Shown here: piece after piece, positions 1 to 12,340 of the stretch
Position numbering within the stretch: position 1 is the stretch's first letter
Layout: every line of letters starts with the position of its first letter
Source of the DNA: Basidiobolus meristosporus CBS 931.73
Taxonomy: Eukaryota; Fungi; Basidiobolomycota
Direction: 5' to 3'
Assembly (NCBI GenBank): GCA_002104905.1
Contig: MCFE01000422.1
Span: 14,049-78,048 of the forward strand
Length of the DNA stretch: 64,000 nt
Position numbers and translations under genes: made by a program
The notes under the pieces: generated by a model
The model's database searches: none
What the model was told of the DNA's origin: nothing
What the model saw: the letters and a program-made list of their open reading frames with translations, nothing else

Positions 1-520
1 TGCTGCAGATAACATCCCCACGCCGAACAGCATCGGCTGCTCCCGAACAATCTCACCTTTGATGGCTCCGGCCTCAAGGTCCTCCGATTCGCCCAAAGAG
101 CTCCAAACTCTACCCCCCATTCACATTCACGAGAAGGCCCCATTACATGTACCGAGCAGCCATCCCCTGACCACGCAATATCAGGAGAGTCAGCAGCTCG
201 AATGTGATTATCCACCCGATGATGACAAAAAGGTATTTTCATTCGTGGCCTTACCCGGGATTAACAGCAAAAAAAGACCAAGAAGAAAGTTCGATGAAAT
301 AGAACGGCTATACGGATGTAATTGGCAAGGATGCAACAAAAGCTACGGCACACTTAACCACCTAAACGCTCACGTCATGATGCAAAAGCACGGTTCCAAA
401 AGACTTCCGAACGGTAAGGGACAGTTAAACAAGGGTACCATTGACACATGCTAACCGGATCATGTAGAATTTAAGGAGTTGAGGAAGAACTGGAAAAAAC
501 AGAGAGACGACAGCAACTGA
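1..520 (+). CDS. CON7: Con7-like C2H2 zinc-finger transcription factor, 3' part (5' end outside window; intron 414-467)
   Basis: KRPRRKFDEIERLYGCNWQGCNKSYGTLNHLNAHVMMQKHG motif. Splicing GTAAGG(414)..TAG(467) restores KRLPN-EFKELRKNW, typical of this fungal family. Frame is open back to position 2. Confidence 0.8.
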
Positions 521-1932
521 CGGCTGAACCATAGTCATCTAGCTCTGTTGCTACATCCCTCAACAGATGTTTTACATACAACTACCTCTAACCACCTCTC
601 CTCTCATGTATATACTTAATGTGTACTTTTTCTCCGTGTACCTTAGATAAAACCATTGGTCAAGTTTTCTGTAAACATGATGTGACCCTGTTTGACTAAT
701 AGACCACGTACTGGCTTCCATAACCTAATGAATCACTCCCTCCCACAATTGATACATATCAAGCTAGGTGTAGATTAATGGAAGAGGGAAAATACTGATG
801 ATTGGCATCGCCGTTCCCCGGGGCTATGTAAATTTGACGTCATGATGAGGTAAACGCCGCACCAGGACTGGTAATTATGGAAATCAACATGTATTAACCT
901 TCGGGCTGCTTCCTAATGGAATTCTACCATCAGATCAGTCATTATCATGTCATATCAATCAAAGGTGGGTAGATATTGAATGGCCAACATGAAAGTGAGA
1001 CAGTGTATCTTGACGAGGGTGATATACATGGGGTTGATGTAAAGGTAATACAAGTGTCGTGGGATCGCTCATGGTCAACAGGGACTTTCAACGACAACTT
1101 TAATAATGGTGATCTAGACATACAAAGCATCGTGCGTCTATTAGTAAAGCTTCCAATCGAGCGCAGATGATGCACAAATTCGGAATATAGCATCATTTCC
1201 TGACTTGCCAAGGAAGGGATGCTTCCTCTGAGTTTGGGAATTCCCCAATCAACTGTTACCCATGACGACACCGCACACAAATCTCCCAAAATGCTGCGTG
1301 CATAAACCATCGCCCATATGAGTCACTTTGGGCCTTACGATGGTTGGTTGGTGTTCTCGATAATCCAAATAGTCAGGATGCTCGCGTTTTTGGTAGATAG
1401 TGGTATGATTCCGGACGTATTTGGTCGCTTTGGGGTGGATTATCCTAACAAATACCAAGATCTTAGTGTAGCGACATATCAGTAATGGCAAGGGCAAAGC
1501 CGATTCGTTACATACGAAAGCGTTAGATGTTTCATGCAACATCCAAATTCATTATTCTGGATCTCGAAGCATACATGACCTGGTCTTTTACCTTTTCCTT
1601 TTCTGGAGGAAGAACCCAACATGCACCATATGAGGTTAATCAGGGTTAAGAATCCCTAGATTGCTTGTAATAGTTTTAACCATACCAAGTTATATCAACG
1701 TTCAAATTGTTGAATGGGTTCCCGTTGAGTTTACTATTTGGAAGGGAGCTTCGGCAGGTTTGGACGGAATCACATGACTATGGGCAAACCAGAAAGGATA
1801 TCGTATTGTGGAGATTGGATGCGGCTAAATGGGAATGGGGTACGTTTTAGAGTATATACTGAGCACTGAGAAATTCCGTGTTGAGAGCAACTGGGTTTAT
1901 TTAACTTAGTTCATAACCGTTCATTTCCTTGT

Positions 1933-3897
1933 TTATTTTTTTACCAGGTCCAAATCCTTCTCCACCAATCTAGCACAGATGGGGTGATAGAAATTCTTGT
2001 GCTTGATGAAAGTCTCCTGTGCTAGTTGAGAGCCAGATGGGCATTTGTAAAGCGCTCTGTACAATGGGCGAGTGAACTTCATACGTCCTTGCTCAGTGAT
2101 AAACTGGACTACTTTTGGATAGATCTGTTGGTATTCCGCCTTCAAACACACCATTTGCCACTTGAATCGGATTTCAGAATTCTGAACTTCACTGAGTTGA
2201 TACACCTTATCCATGGATTCAAGGAGAGCATGGGGCATAGGTTGGGTCTCAAGAACCTTTTCTAAGAAGAATACCTTTTGGCTTGGGCTGAATTCTTTGA
2301 GGTCGTTGGGTGAGGGCTCAAATGGTGTCTCCCGGCTCTTGTCCCATTTCCCGGCGAGATGGGTGCAAGCATGCGCAAGACTCTGATCGAAGCTGTTGTC
2401 GACAGGGGGCATGCCTGGGGTATGAAGCCATGCCTTCCAGTCTACCTGATCAAGTAGATCCACTTTCTCTTGTCCGTGTGTCTTCTCCATATAGCTGTAG
2501 AGGAAGGTTTTCCATTCGTCGGTGGTAAGTGCTTTTCCGGCGAATTCACGAACATACGCTTTCATGTAAGGCTCGAAGACTTCAGGTCCTCCCAAATGTT
2601 GCTCTAAGTAGTACAGCAAATTGAAGCCCTTCTCATAGGGAACTCTTGAGAATGCATCGTCTGGGTCAACTCCTCTGAGTCTAGGACAAAGGCACGTAAG
2701 GGGGTTTTCATGACCAAAGAAGTCGATATCACCTCTGAGGCTGATGACTCCTTGTAAAGCTCCGAATTGTCGAGCAGGCTCACCACGCAAGCGACCGACA
2801 ATTTTACGTTCAATGAAGACAGTCCACCCTTCATTAAGCCAAAAGTTTTCCTAGATAATATTCATGTCAGTACGCAGCTTACAAAACAAACCGTAGAGTA
2901 GAATGAGTTACCCAGCTCTTTGTGGTGACCAAATTACCCATCCAACTAATAAAATGTTACTATTTTTTCAGTACTGAACCAACAGGTGAAAATATCCCTA
3001 CCTGTGGGCAATTTCATGGGCAACAACGTCCACAAGAGATCTGTCGCCAGCTAAGAGAGTGGGGGTAACGAATGTAAGGCATGGATTCTCCATTCCACCG
3101 TATGGGAAGGAGGAGGGCAACACCAACAAATCATATCTGCCCCATTCATATGGAGTCAACAATTGTTCTCCGACAGTAATAAAGTCCTCGGTATCCACAA
3201 ATTCCTCAGCACATTTTTTAACCATGCTTGGTTCACTCCAAACAGTAGTCCGTGGGCCAATTTCGATGCCTTCCAATTCTCCAACGACAAGGGCAATCAA
3301 ATATGATGGCATGGTGGTTTTCTGCTCAAACCTGTAGATGCGCGAGTCGCCAGATACCTCAGGTTCTTCGTTTAGACGAAGTGCACTCATCAAAGCACGA
3401 AGTGGAGCAGGGGTATCAATTCTGGCGGAATAAGTGATCTTGATACCTGGTGAATCTTGGCAAGGAACAAGACTACGCGCATGAATAGGCTGACATTGAG
3501 TGAAAAGATATGGATGCTTTTTGCCAACAGTTTGGCTTGGCTCCAACCATTGTAAAGCACCACTATCTTTGGTGGTTTCGTAGCAGACAGTTATTTGGAT
3601 TTTCTGGTTGGCTGAGGCTGGAGAGGCGAGGCTGATATGGAGGGCACGTCCGAATTTGGGATCTTGTTCACTCAAAGTATATTTCAAAGCTTTTTCAGGG
3701 TTCTCTCCTTCGTACACTCCGTTGATGACTAGGTGATTGGTATCAAGAATAACCTCGTTTACGTTATCAACCAGGGTCTTCAAGGTTACCAGTACATTGC
3801 CTACTAGACGCTGTTTACTGAAATCTACTTTCAGATCGAGCGCCAAGTGCTCAGTGACAACTTGGTCGATGTTTGCAAGAGTATTGGGATCTGACAT
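1933..3897 (-). CDS. LTA4H: Leukotriene A4 hydrolase-like M1 aminopeptidase (yeast Lap2 orthologue), 3 exons
   Basis: GGMEN motif and spliced HEIAHSW-x-GNLVT...ENFWLNEG zinc motif; VPYEKG; C-terminal QGRMKFTRPLYR. Confidence 0.96.
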
Positions 3898-4714
3898 ATT
3901 CAACAAGAAGTATATACCTCAGTAAACATGGAATTGACCACCTTATGTTGATATATGTTGACAGCTGAGACCGAAAAAGATTGATTACGTATTTGTCAAT
4001 AAATGACACAGAGTAGAAATTCCTCACATGATGAATATGGTAGACAATGCTGATGATATTCCCAAATAATCTGCCAGAAAAATGAAGGCCTATTGATTGG
4101 GATCCCAAGAATCGTGACAATTCCTTTTTAACACATCTCGAACATTGATGTTGGTTTCTATACTGCTGTGAGGCCTTTTTTGATATATCTGCAAGACTCA
4201 AATCCAAGTGAAATCGTCAAAATAGATCGCTGTACACATACATACACTACAATCAACATGACTCATCCTAGCGTACTGCAGGGATCTTCTTCCCCTTGAA
4301 CAATATTTGAATAGCCCTAATGCTCAATCTGAAGCGCTGATGCTTGTCTTGAATTTGATGGGCTTGTTCCCTTGTATGCCTCATTGGATCGATTGCTATC
4401 TCCTATATGGATGAGATTCTTGGGCTACAGTATGCCCTTGATGCCTGAACGCACCCTATGACAGAAGCTATTGTAGCATCAGATATTGAGCAGGCAGTTA
4501 TCATCAGTACATGGCAGTGGGGGTGTTGAATTATTTGAGCTATCCCAGAAATAACACCTGAATATGTGCAGATATTGTCTTAATATCCATGTAGCTGTAG
4601 TAGCTGTGTTGTTTCCAAGGGGTGACTGTGTTTTTCCAAGTTTCAACATATCTATTGCTTTTATGTAATCAATTCTTGTACCAGCAGGGCTATTGATAAT
4701 GGTATGGCCTATAA

Positions 4715-4900
4715 TGTTGTAAGAGTTTTGGAGATATTGGAAGTGACTTGGAGAACAAGTAGATGATGTGGTTTTCACTTAATGATATATTGAACGTAAA
4801 AGCAGCATTTTACTTTTACATGATGTTGGCAAGATAGACACGTACAATATGTTTGGGAAGGTCCCAAGAACATGTGTGCAAAGTTTGGGGCTGCTTGGAC
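4715..4900 (-). mobile_element. Partial LTR (3' half) of the copia family at 55.9-60.6 kb
   Basis: Starts TGTTGTAAGAG and aligns by eye to the reverse complement of LTR 55895-56243 up to GGGGCTGCTTGGAC. Confidence 0.9.
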
Positions 4901-5241
4901 TGTTGCAAGTGTTTTGGAGATATTGGAAGTGATTGGGAGAACAAGTAGATTATGTGGCTTTCACTTAATGATTTATTGAATATAAAAGTAGTATTTATAC
5001 TTTTACATGATCTTGGCAAAATAAACATGTAGAAAATGTTTGGAAAGGTCCCAAAAACATGTGTGCGAAGTTTCGGGCTGATTGGACAGCTTGCAGAAAT
5101 TTCATCTTCTAGGCACCTATTATTTGGTGAAATAATCCAAGTAAATCCCAACAAGGAATTTGGCCAGAATTCGTTAGGGTTTGTAGACTATGATCTAAGT
5201 GAACAAGTGAATATTTAGGTGTATTTACGAAATATACAACA
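4901..5241 (-). mobile_element. Full-length diverged LTR of the same copia family
   Basis: TGTTG...CAACA termini; shared blocks such as AAGTAAATCCCAACAAGGAATTTGG. TATAA flanks the 4715-5241 composite on both sides. Confidence 0.92.
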
Positions 5242-5820
5242 TATAAATCGTACGAGCATACAGACTCCCGATCACCCACCACATCAGCGAAGGACAATTT
5301 ATCAAACCACAACTCACAACTCCAAGGCTCTTATAATAGATTTAATGTATTCATCATAAAAAGAGTGTTGAAGTATGATAGGCCAAGTGCTTTGACAACA
5401 AAGAACACACAGGCCTCAAAGTTATTGCTGATTAAGTTTTATGAAGAAAATGGTACCCAGACTATACAAGCCCCCATTTTCACAGGATGCAATGGCAAGT
5501 CTGCTCAACAGAGTAGCGTTGGGCAGTTCTACTTTCTGCCATGACTAGTCAATGCGGCCAGAAGTGTAGCCTACCCTGGCAGTAGCTGAGCACCGTGACT
5601 TAGAAGTGAGTATTAAATCAATCCAATCCATATGTATGTACATAACAGGGCTAAAGCCCAGAGGTTTACTGGTTAATACTCAAGTGAGCTTGCTAATTGT
5701 CGCCTCAAGCTGATGGATAGTTATCATTTGGAGAAAATGTACGGGCCAGCTCATAAATACCATTTAACAGCTTCTTAAGAGGCTCACTGAAGCATATTAT
5801 GGACCAACTGTCAGAAGCAA

Positions 5821-6889
5821 TCAATGTCTATTGACTCCAGACTTTGAGAAGCCAAACCATTTACCAACACCGATGGTCAGTGTTCCACCAATGATGAGTA
5901 CTGTGCCAATAATGGAAACGGAATCAGGAACCTCCTTGAAGAGTAAGATTCCGAATAGAAAAGCAAATACGATGTCGAAGTTACGCATCAACATGATTGG
6001 TCCAGCAGGTGCAAGTTGGACCCCCTTGTTTTGCATACTTTGCCCGACAAATGCAGTAACTCCTATCACCAACAGGACAACCCAAGACAAGGCGGTGTTG
6101 GGCACTGACGACTCGGTAAGGAAGAAGGTGAAGAAGCCAGAGAACAAGATGCTGGAGCCGCCGAAATAAACGACGTGAGTCATGAAATGCGCAGTTTTGC
6201 CCATTTGACGTAACATGACCACCGAGATGGAGGACATAGTAGCGCCCAGCAACGACGCCCCAATTGCCCACTTACGTTTCTCCGCGTCAACATCATCAGA
6301 ATTCGGAAAGCCATCTCCAAAGAGGAAACTGGGTTTACCTATCAGGAGAAACCCGATCGTACAAAGCAAGCAAGCGATTGATTCGAATATCCCGTAGGGT
6401 TCCTTGAGAAAGATTCGGGCAAGCACAGCGGTCAAAACTGGGCTGATGAAAAACAATACTGAAATGATGGTCGAAATTAGGATCAAGACCAATCAGATAC
6501 CGCAGTGCGGAAAACTTACCTGTGGCGTCTGCAAGATACAGCTGAGTTATTGCGTAATAGTTCATGGCAAGCCCAATGGCACCGAAGAAGCCGCGGATGA
6601 ATAAAGCCCAGCGCAGGCCAGGGACACCAAAGGTTGGTACTTGGAGAACACGGCACATTATGATAGCAAGAACAAACTGGATGATGCTTCGGATGAACAC
6701 AATCTCCATCGAGGGGAACGCTTGGCCAGAGTACTTGACAAAGATGGCCATTACTGAGAAGAAAAAGGACGAAAAGCACATTGCGACCAATCCTGCAATC
6801 TCTGACTTGCGGTCATTAGGGCGAGGCAAAAAGCCTCCACTTGCTACCAGAAGCGGCGAATTTTCCGATGCTCCTTCCTCTACAGACAT
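5821..6889 (-). CDS. EamA/DMT-superfamily transporter (SLC35G-like), 2 exons (intron 6459-6519)
   Basis: About 10 hydrophobic helices. Motifs EIVFIRS..Q, LFIRGFFG, spliced ADATVLFFISPVLTAVLARIFLKE and DIVFAFLFGILLFKEVP. Confidence 0.9.
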
Positions 6890-7523
6890 GATTCAATGGA
6901 TGGGGGTTGGTTGGCGGGCTATTGGTTGGGCTTGCTCGTCTCTTATACTTCGATCTGCTGGAATGCCGGTAGATTATCATCATCGTTTCTCATCACTGAT
7001 CACGAAAGATCGATAACCGATAAATGATTATGGAGCATTGCCTCTCTTGGCACATGAGCAGAGTGATGTAGAGATTCAGGTAAAACATTGATCCAGCAGC
7101 ATGTATTCCTGATCGTGGTGGATGACATCCAATCATTCCCGAATGTCCAGCAGTCGCGCTACCGAATGGAGCTATCTCGCAGACTAATTGATAGAGTAGT
7201 CTATTCTTAATTGTGATTAGCTACCAATGAAATTTGTGCTGCGATAATAGTCTATTTGTCCACATGGTTGTCTTCCAGACTCTTGATTCAACCAGATTCC
7301 AAAAGAAGTTGTTTGCTAAGTTAGGGTTAAAATTGGTTGAAGCGGATCGTTAGTGGCCTTTCAATGACCTCAACTTTCCAAAGAATGGTCTTGATAGAAC
7401 GGCGTCAAAGATCCAGTATTTCTGAATATATAAGCAGGCTCCATGCAGACAGCTTGTTTCATTCTTTTTCTCGGTTCACCAGCTAGTCCTTGGTGGCTTT
7501 ATACTATAGTATCTTCTAGGAAC

Positions 7524-8864
7524 ATGCTTGACGCTGGGGCTATAGCTGCTGCCATTATTGGCCCTATATGGGTTATTCAAAGCGTTGTCATCGCAATCAT
7601 GCTGTGGAAGCGCAGACATTGCGAATTCATACGCTATAGATCACCCAAACTCACGATCCTCTCTATCTTCACAACCTGCCTGATACATATGGTCCTGGCG
7701 TTGCACTGGACGAACACATACGAGGTGCCATGCTTCGTAAACATGTGGGTTTTGCAACTTGGATATTACCTTGTTGACTGGGTCATCATCGTTAAATCCG
7801 TCAGACTTCTATTCATTTATAACCTGAGCGCGGCAAAACTGGCAACCACATTGAATGCGCCTGCTTCCCCGCCCTGGCCAAAACAAATCACCCAACAAAA
7901 GCGTGATTTCCTCAACCACTCCGAGATAGAGATGCCGGATATCTCTAGTATCTCTGCGGTCATTACCATTCCCAAGCCATCCGACCTCAGCAGTAATTGG
8001 TATCATCGGCACAAGAACCTAGGGACTCCAAAGTCATTGTTCAGGCTCATGTTTGGTGCACTGTTGGTGCACCTGATAGTGCTGGTTATTCAGCAAGCTT
8101 TGGGTTATAGTGTGAGTACCAGTTTCTACATCACGTCGGATCTATGCTTCGATAGGTGGGAGTGGATCTCCTTTCAGATCTTTTTGGGCTTCTATAGTTG
8201 TATATTTATTACTTTGTTGATCCAGTCCAAAGACATCAACGACGCATACGGCATCCGCTTGGAGCTGATCATTGTAACTATCGAGTCGCTGCTTTTCAAC
8301 GGAGTGTTTATTGTATACTTCTCTGTATCTCGCATCAGTTTGTCAAGAGAGTTGGCGATATCTATCGGGGCCTTTGTCTTCTCCAGCGTCTATTACTTCT
8401 TCATGGCCATCAAGCCCGCTTTGCAGGCATATGGATTTTTCCATGGTGGATCCTTCGGGGCCCAACCCCAGCCTTTAAAGCTTGACAATGAGTCGTTCGA
8501 ACTGGTGCTCAACAGTCCCGATTTATTCCAGCAGTTCAAGCTGTTTGCTGTAAAGGACTTCACAGTGGAGAACCTCCTATGCTACGAACAGTACCAGCAA
8601 TTACATCAGATTCCCCCGGAGTCAGGCTGCTTAAATAACGCGTTGGTGAAGTTTTTCGAGACATTCGTCCATGTTAATTCCAATCTTATGGTGAATCTCA
8701 CCTCCGCAACCCGGCACGAAATTGAAGACCTGGTCCAGAGACAGGAATGCCATCTGGGCATGTACGACTCGCTGTACCTCGAAGTGAAAGACCTGATGTT
8801 TCGCAATACCTTCCCACGATTTTTACTGAGCGACGAGAACTCCTCCAACCTGTACTACCCTTGA
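7524..8864 (+). CDS. Multi-pass (7TM-like) membrane protein with C-terminal RGS domain, intronless
   Basis: Hydrophobic N-terminal helices (IRYRSPKLT, PCFVNMW), then RGS signature LFQQFKLFAVKDFTVENLLCY...VNLTSATR...EVKDLMFRNTFPRF. Start chosen at ATG 7524; ORF is open from 7443. Confidence 0.85.
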   Translation: MLDAGAIAAAIIGPIWVIQSVVIAIMLWKRRHCEFIRYRSPKLTILSIFTTCLIHMVLALHWTNTYEVPCFVNMWVLQLGYYLVDWVIIVKSVRLLFIYNLSAAKLATTLNAPASPPWPKQITQQKRDFLNHSEIEMPDISSISAVITIPKPSDLSSNWYHRHKNLGTPKSLFRLMFGALLVHLIVLVIQQALGYSVSTSFYITSDLCFDRWEWISFQIFLGFYSCIFITLLIQSKDINDAYGIRLELIIVTIESLLFNGVFIVYFSVSRISLSRELAISIGAFVFSSVYYFFMAIKPALQAYGFFHGGSFGAQPQPLKLDNESFELVLNSPDLFQQFKLFAVKDFTVENLLCYEQYQQLHQIPPESGCLNNALVKFFETFVHVNSNLMVNLTSATRHEIEDLVQRQECHLGMYDSLYLEVKDLMFRNTFPRFLLSDENSSNLYYP

Positions 8865-10081
8865 GACCATGTTCGATTTAGGAGCAATTGATTTACTTCT
8901 GGATACGAGGAAGCTCAACCATACATTAGACGCCACCTCCAGATCCCTTCCAAATTGTCTATACCTCAACCACCCTACCCGACCAACTGTAAATTCTCTG
9001 ATACCCTTCCTTATCGTAAAATAAAATAGTGCTGCTAATGGTTTGTACAGTCACCGGAACAACGTCTTGACTTCACAAATCGCCCTAGAAAGCGTCATCA
9101 TCCCAATAAGGCAATCAAAGCCTACTTGAAATAAGCGGATCTAGAACCTCAGCGGGTCCAGGAAACCGCAAATTGATGAATGAGGTCAGATTTGGTAGCA
9201 GAAGCCAGCCTGCCAATCGAACAGACGCCCGCACTGGCATGGATCCCGTCGAACAAAGGCACTTCTATCCGAGGCTGCTTTCTTTATCAGGCACTCCAGT
9301 CGCCTTCGTGTAGATCACTTCTGTCTATTCCCATATATATGGACAGAGTCAGACCGATTTCCATTTCGATCGGTGGCAAATAGAATGAGATATCCAAGTG
9401 CGACCAGTACGACGTTTCTGGAACCCGATTGCCAATAAGACTAGGCTGCCAGTCTAGTACATTCTTTCCGTGGCCCACAAAGGTGGCAAGGTTCGAGAAT
9501 CGGACGCTAAAATCACTTAGAGTGATGTTCGGTGGCTCTTGCAGCCATGGCCAACTTTGAGCATGTCCCATTTTGAGGAATCCCCGAGTAACCAGCTATC
9601 CACTGTCATCCTCGCGTGATGCCAAGCTGCATGTTTCCTTGGTGGTCGGCTGTGTTATGTGCAATTGTCTGTATTACGACTGTGGCATAAATATATGCCC
9701 CCTGTCCCACTTCGGACGGGGCAATCTATCAAGATCGATCCTCAGTGGGACTTCGATATAGTTAGCAATCCATATAGCGTGCGTATGGAAGTTCCATGGG
9801 AGCCACAGTTTCTCGTCAAGTATACTGCGCAAATTGTGTGATTGCAACGAAAATTTTATTATTCGACATACTCGGTATTAAACAAGCGCGGAAACTACTT
9901 ATATCATCGCTTCCCACAAGTGTCCGCAGAATCGGTAAATCAGGCTGGAGATGACCAAGGAATTTGATATTCCATGTGGTTGACCACTGTCCCTGGGTAG
10001 TAATATAGCTTCACAGTGAATTGGTGATGATTGCAAGATGCCACCGATAAGGGGCGGTAAGGATTCACGCAAAACTATTCA

Positions 10082-11902
10082 CTAACTATACTGCCAGTGC
10101 TGTGATGCCCCGGCTCTAAGTGCCTCCTGGTATGAGGGCGGTAGGTCATCCTCGGTTTCCTGCGAGGGTGGAACTTCTTCGGCTTCATCCACCATATATC
10201 CTAGGTCGAGAGCGGAAGGTGCAGAAGGGATCGAGGGGCGACTATCCCGTGGAGTAGAGGTGCTTGCACTTGGCTCCACGGTGAGACTATCAAGTGGAGG
10301 TTTTTCCATCAAATGCATATGAGGAGCTGATGGCTCGGGATTGAAGGTAGCGTTTGGTGCGATGTTTTGGGAGGAATTCCGACGACTGTGGCCATTCCCA
10401 ACCATAATTTGCTCATGAGAGCTGGCTCTACTTAAGTCAAAGCTATTCTTGGACGTGCTCGGCTGTATGGAAGGCTCGGGGGCTAGCGTCTGATCTTGCC
10501 CTCCGGAGATATCGTACAGCTCCTGGTCCTCGGTCAGGTAAGGCAGAACCACAGTCCAATCTCCCTCTTCTTCGGCGGCATGACTTGTGTAATCAGTGAT
10601 GTCGGGAGTCACCTCGTCCTCTTCGAAAGATTCTCCCATAATGGGGTATGTGCCTACCACCAAGGGAAATTCATATTCCAATCTTTTTTTGTGAAATGTG
10701 CTAGGAACAAGGTCGACTTTCACATGAATCTCATATGAAAAAGATATAAGAGGTGATTTAATTGTTGTCGGAGGAAGAGAATGTGGAATACGAAGCTTGG
10801 CCTCCGCTGTAGTGGAAAGCGATGTGGAATCAACATTATATGCAAGGTCCTGAGCAAACACTACTGAAGCTTGCTTTTGCTCATATCTAGGAAGAATAAG
10901 GCGTGTTAAAGGATGGGTTGCGAGCCAAGGCGTTTCTAATTGCGGTTTACCCATTAGCCATGAACGAAGACAACTGGAGAAGCTTCACATGAATCCCATT
11001 TGCATCTCTTATCGGTTGAATATGGCTGATGCTGATTTTGACCGGAATTATCTCACCTAAAAGAGTTTAAATTCATCAGATGTTAACTTGCAATACAGCT
11101 GTATCTAAACCGAACCTTTTGTAAATGCTTTTTTTGGTATAAACACTTTAGCTTTGACTGGTCCCTTGCTCTTCCGGAAGGTTCCTAGTGTGAGAATCGC
11201 TTCTTTCGTTTCCTCGAGAGGCGTCAGGTAAATTGGGTCCTGGGAATCAACAAAATCGGATACAAGGACAGGGCAAACACATCGTGGTGAGAGCGCGGTA
11301 GGAATCCATGGCTTATGATGGGTAGCGCGAAGTGTGTATTGAATCGACCCTTTGTTTCCCTAGGAATTTAGTTAGGTTGTGTAAATGGAGGCAACGGATC
11401 CACCTTAAGGAAGATCGCATTTACTTACGAGATAGCACGTTGGCAAAGAGAAAGACGAAGAAGTTGCAGGGAGATGAAATTCAAAAGGGAACTTATGTTC
11501 CCCTATAGACAGATTTGTTGCGGTGTCCGAATTCCGGGTCCCAAACAATATAAGCTCAGTATTAAATAGGGTTACCGTTTGAGTTTCATTAAATTTACTA
11601 CAAATAGCGTGAATACGAGGCTAAAGAGGAGGATAAGTCAAGGCATACCGTTCAGTTAGTGACATCAGTGAAGTAGTGATCTCTCCGATAAATTGGAGAA
11701 TCACGTACTTTGTGGAAGTATTTCGTGACATTCTCAATACCACATTGCCTACATGTTCACGCCTTTTCATAAGCCAATTTCTATATCTCGGTGGTTACGA
11801 TGAGAAGAACGTACCGCATACTGCATCTCCTGGAAAATAGGTTCTCTCTTGGTCATCTAATTCAATGCTCAAACTTGAAGTGGAAGCCAGTGCCGATAGC
11901 AT
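10082..11902 (-). CDS. Alpha-arrestin (arrestin N/C domain) protein, multi-exon
   Basis: N-terminal IELDDQERTYFPGD, GSIQYTLRA, LPPTTIKSPLISFSYEIHVKV, FPLVVGTYP and a C-terminal PPSY motif. Exons joined by eye. Confidence 0.8.
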
Positions 11903-12340
11903 ATTTACAAAAACGAACAACCACAGACAATCTTATCTGGCTGTGAAATAGAATTTTATTCAACAATTTGAGCGAACGGGATTAAATGTATTCAAAAGTA
12001 TGGTCCTAAATTCGAAGATTCTCTTTTGTATATTATCCTAGTTCATGCTACGTCATACATGTGGGAGTTTTTCTGACTCTCAAACCATGTTTCGCTCAAG
12101 TGCTTTTAATCAATATTGGCTTTGTGTCTGGTACCCAGGCAATACAATCCGGTTCTCGGGAAGTCCAAGGGAATCTCTTTGGGCCTCCCAAAGAGATGTC
12201 TAACCGTTCGAAGCGACATCGGTGAATACTCGACTCTTAAATAAAAGCTTTATTCCTGAGGTTGCTGATGGGTAGCAATGTACAAAACCATCCAAGTGGT
12301 AAATCAATGCATGTGATTCACAAGTTCTCACTTGTAGGTG

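Noticed and set aside
945-1542. Overlapping ORFs on both strands
   Set aside because: No recognisable domain or consistent splice model.
4479-5312. ORFs 4479-4778, 4816-5154, 5036-5218 and 5109-5312
   Set aside because: They overlap decayed LTRs. The same spurious peptides recur at 56002-56346 and 60454-60663 in the other LTR copies.
9180-9841. Small ORFs between the RGS and arrestin genes
   Set aside because: No recognisable product; cannot be told apart from intergenic ORFs.
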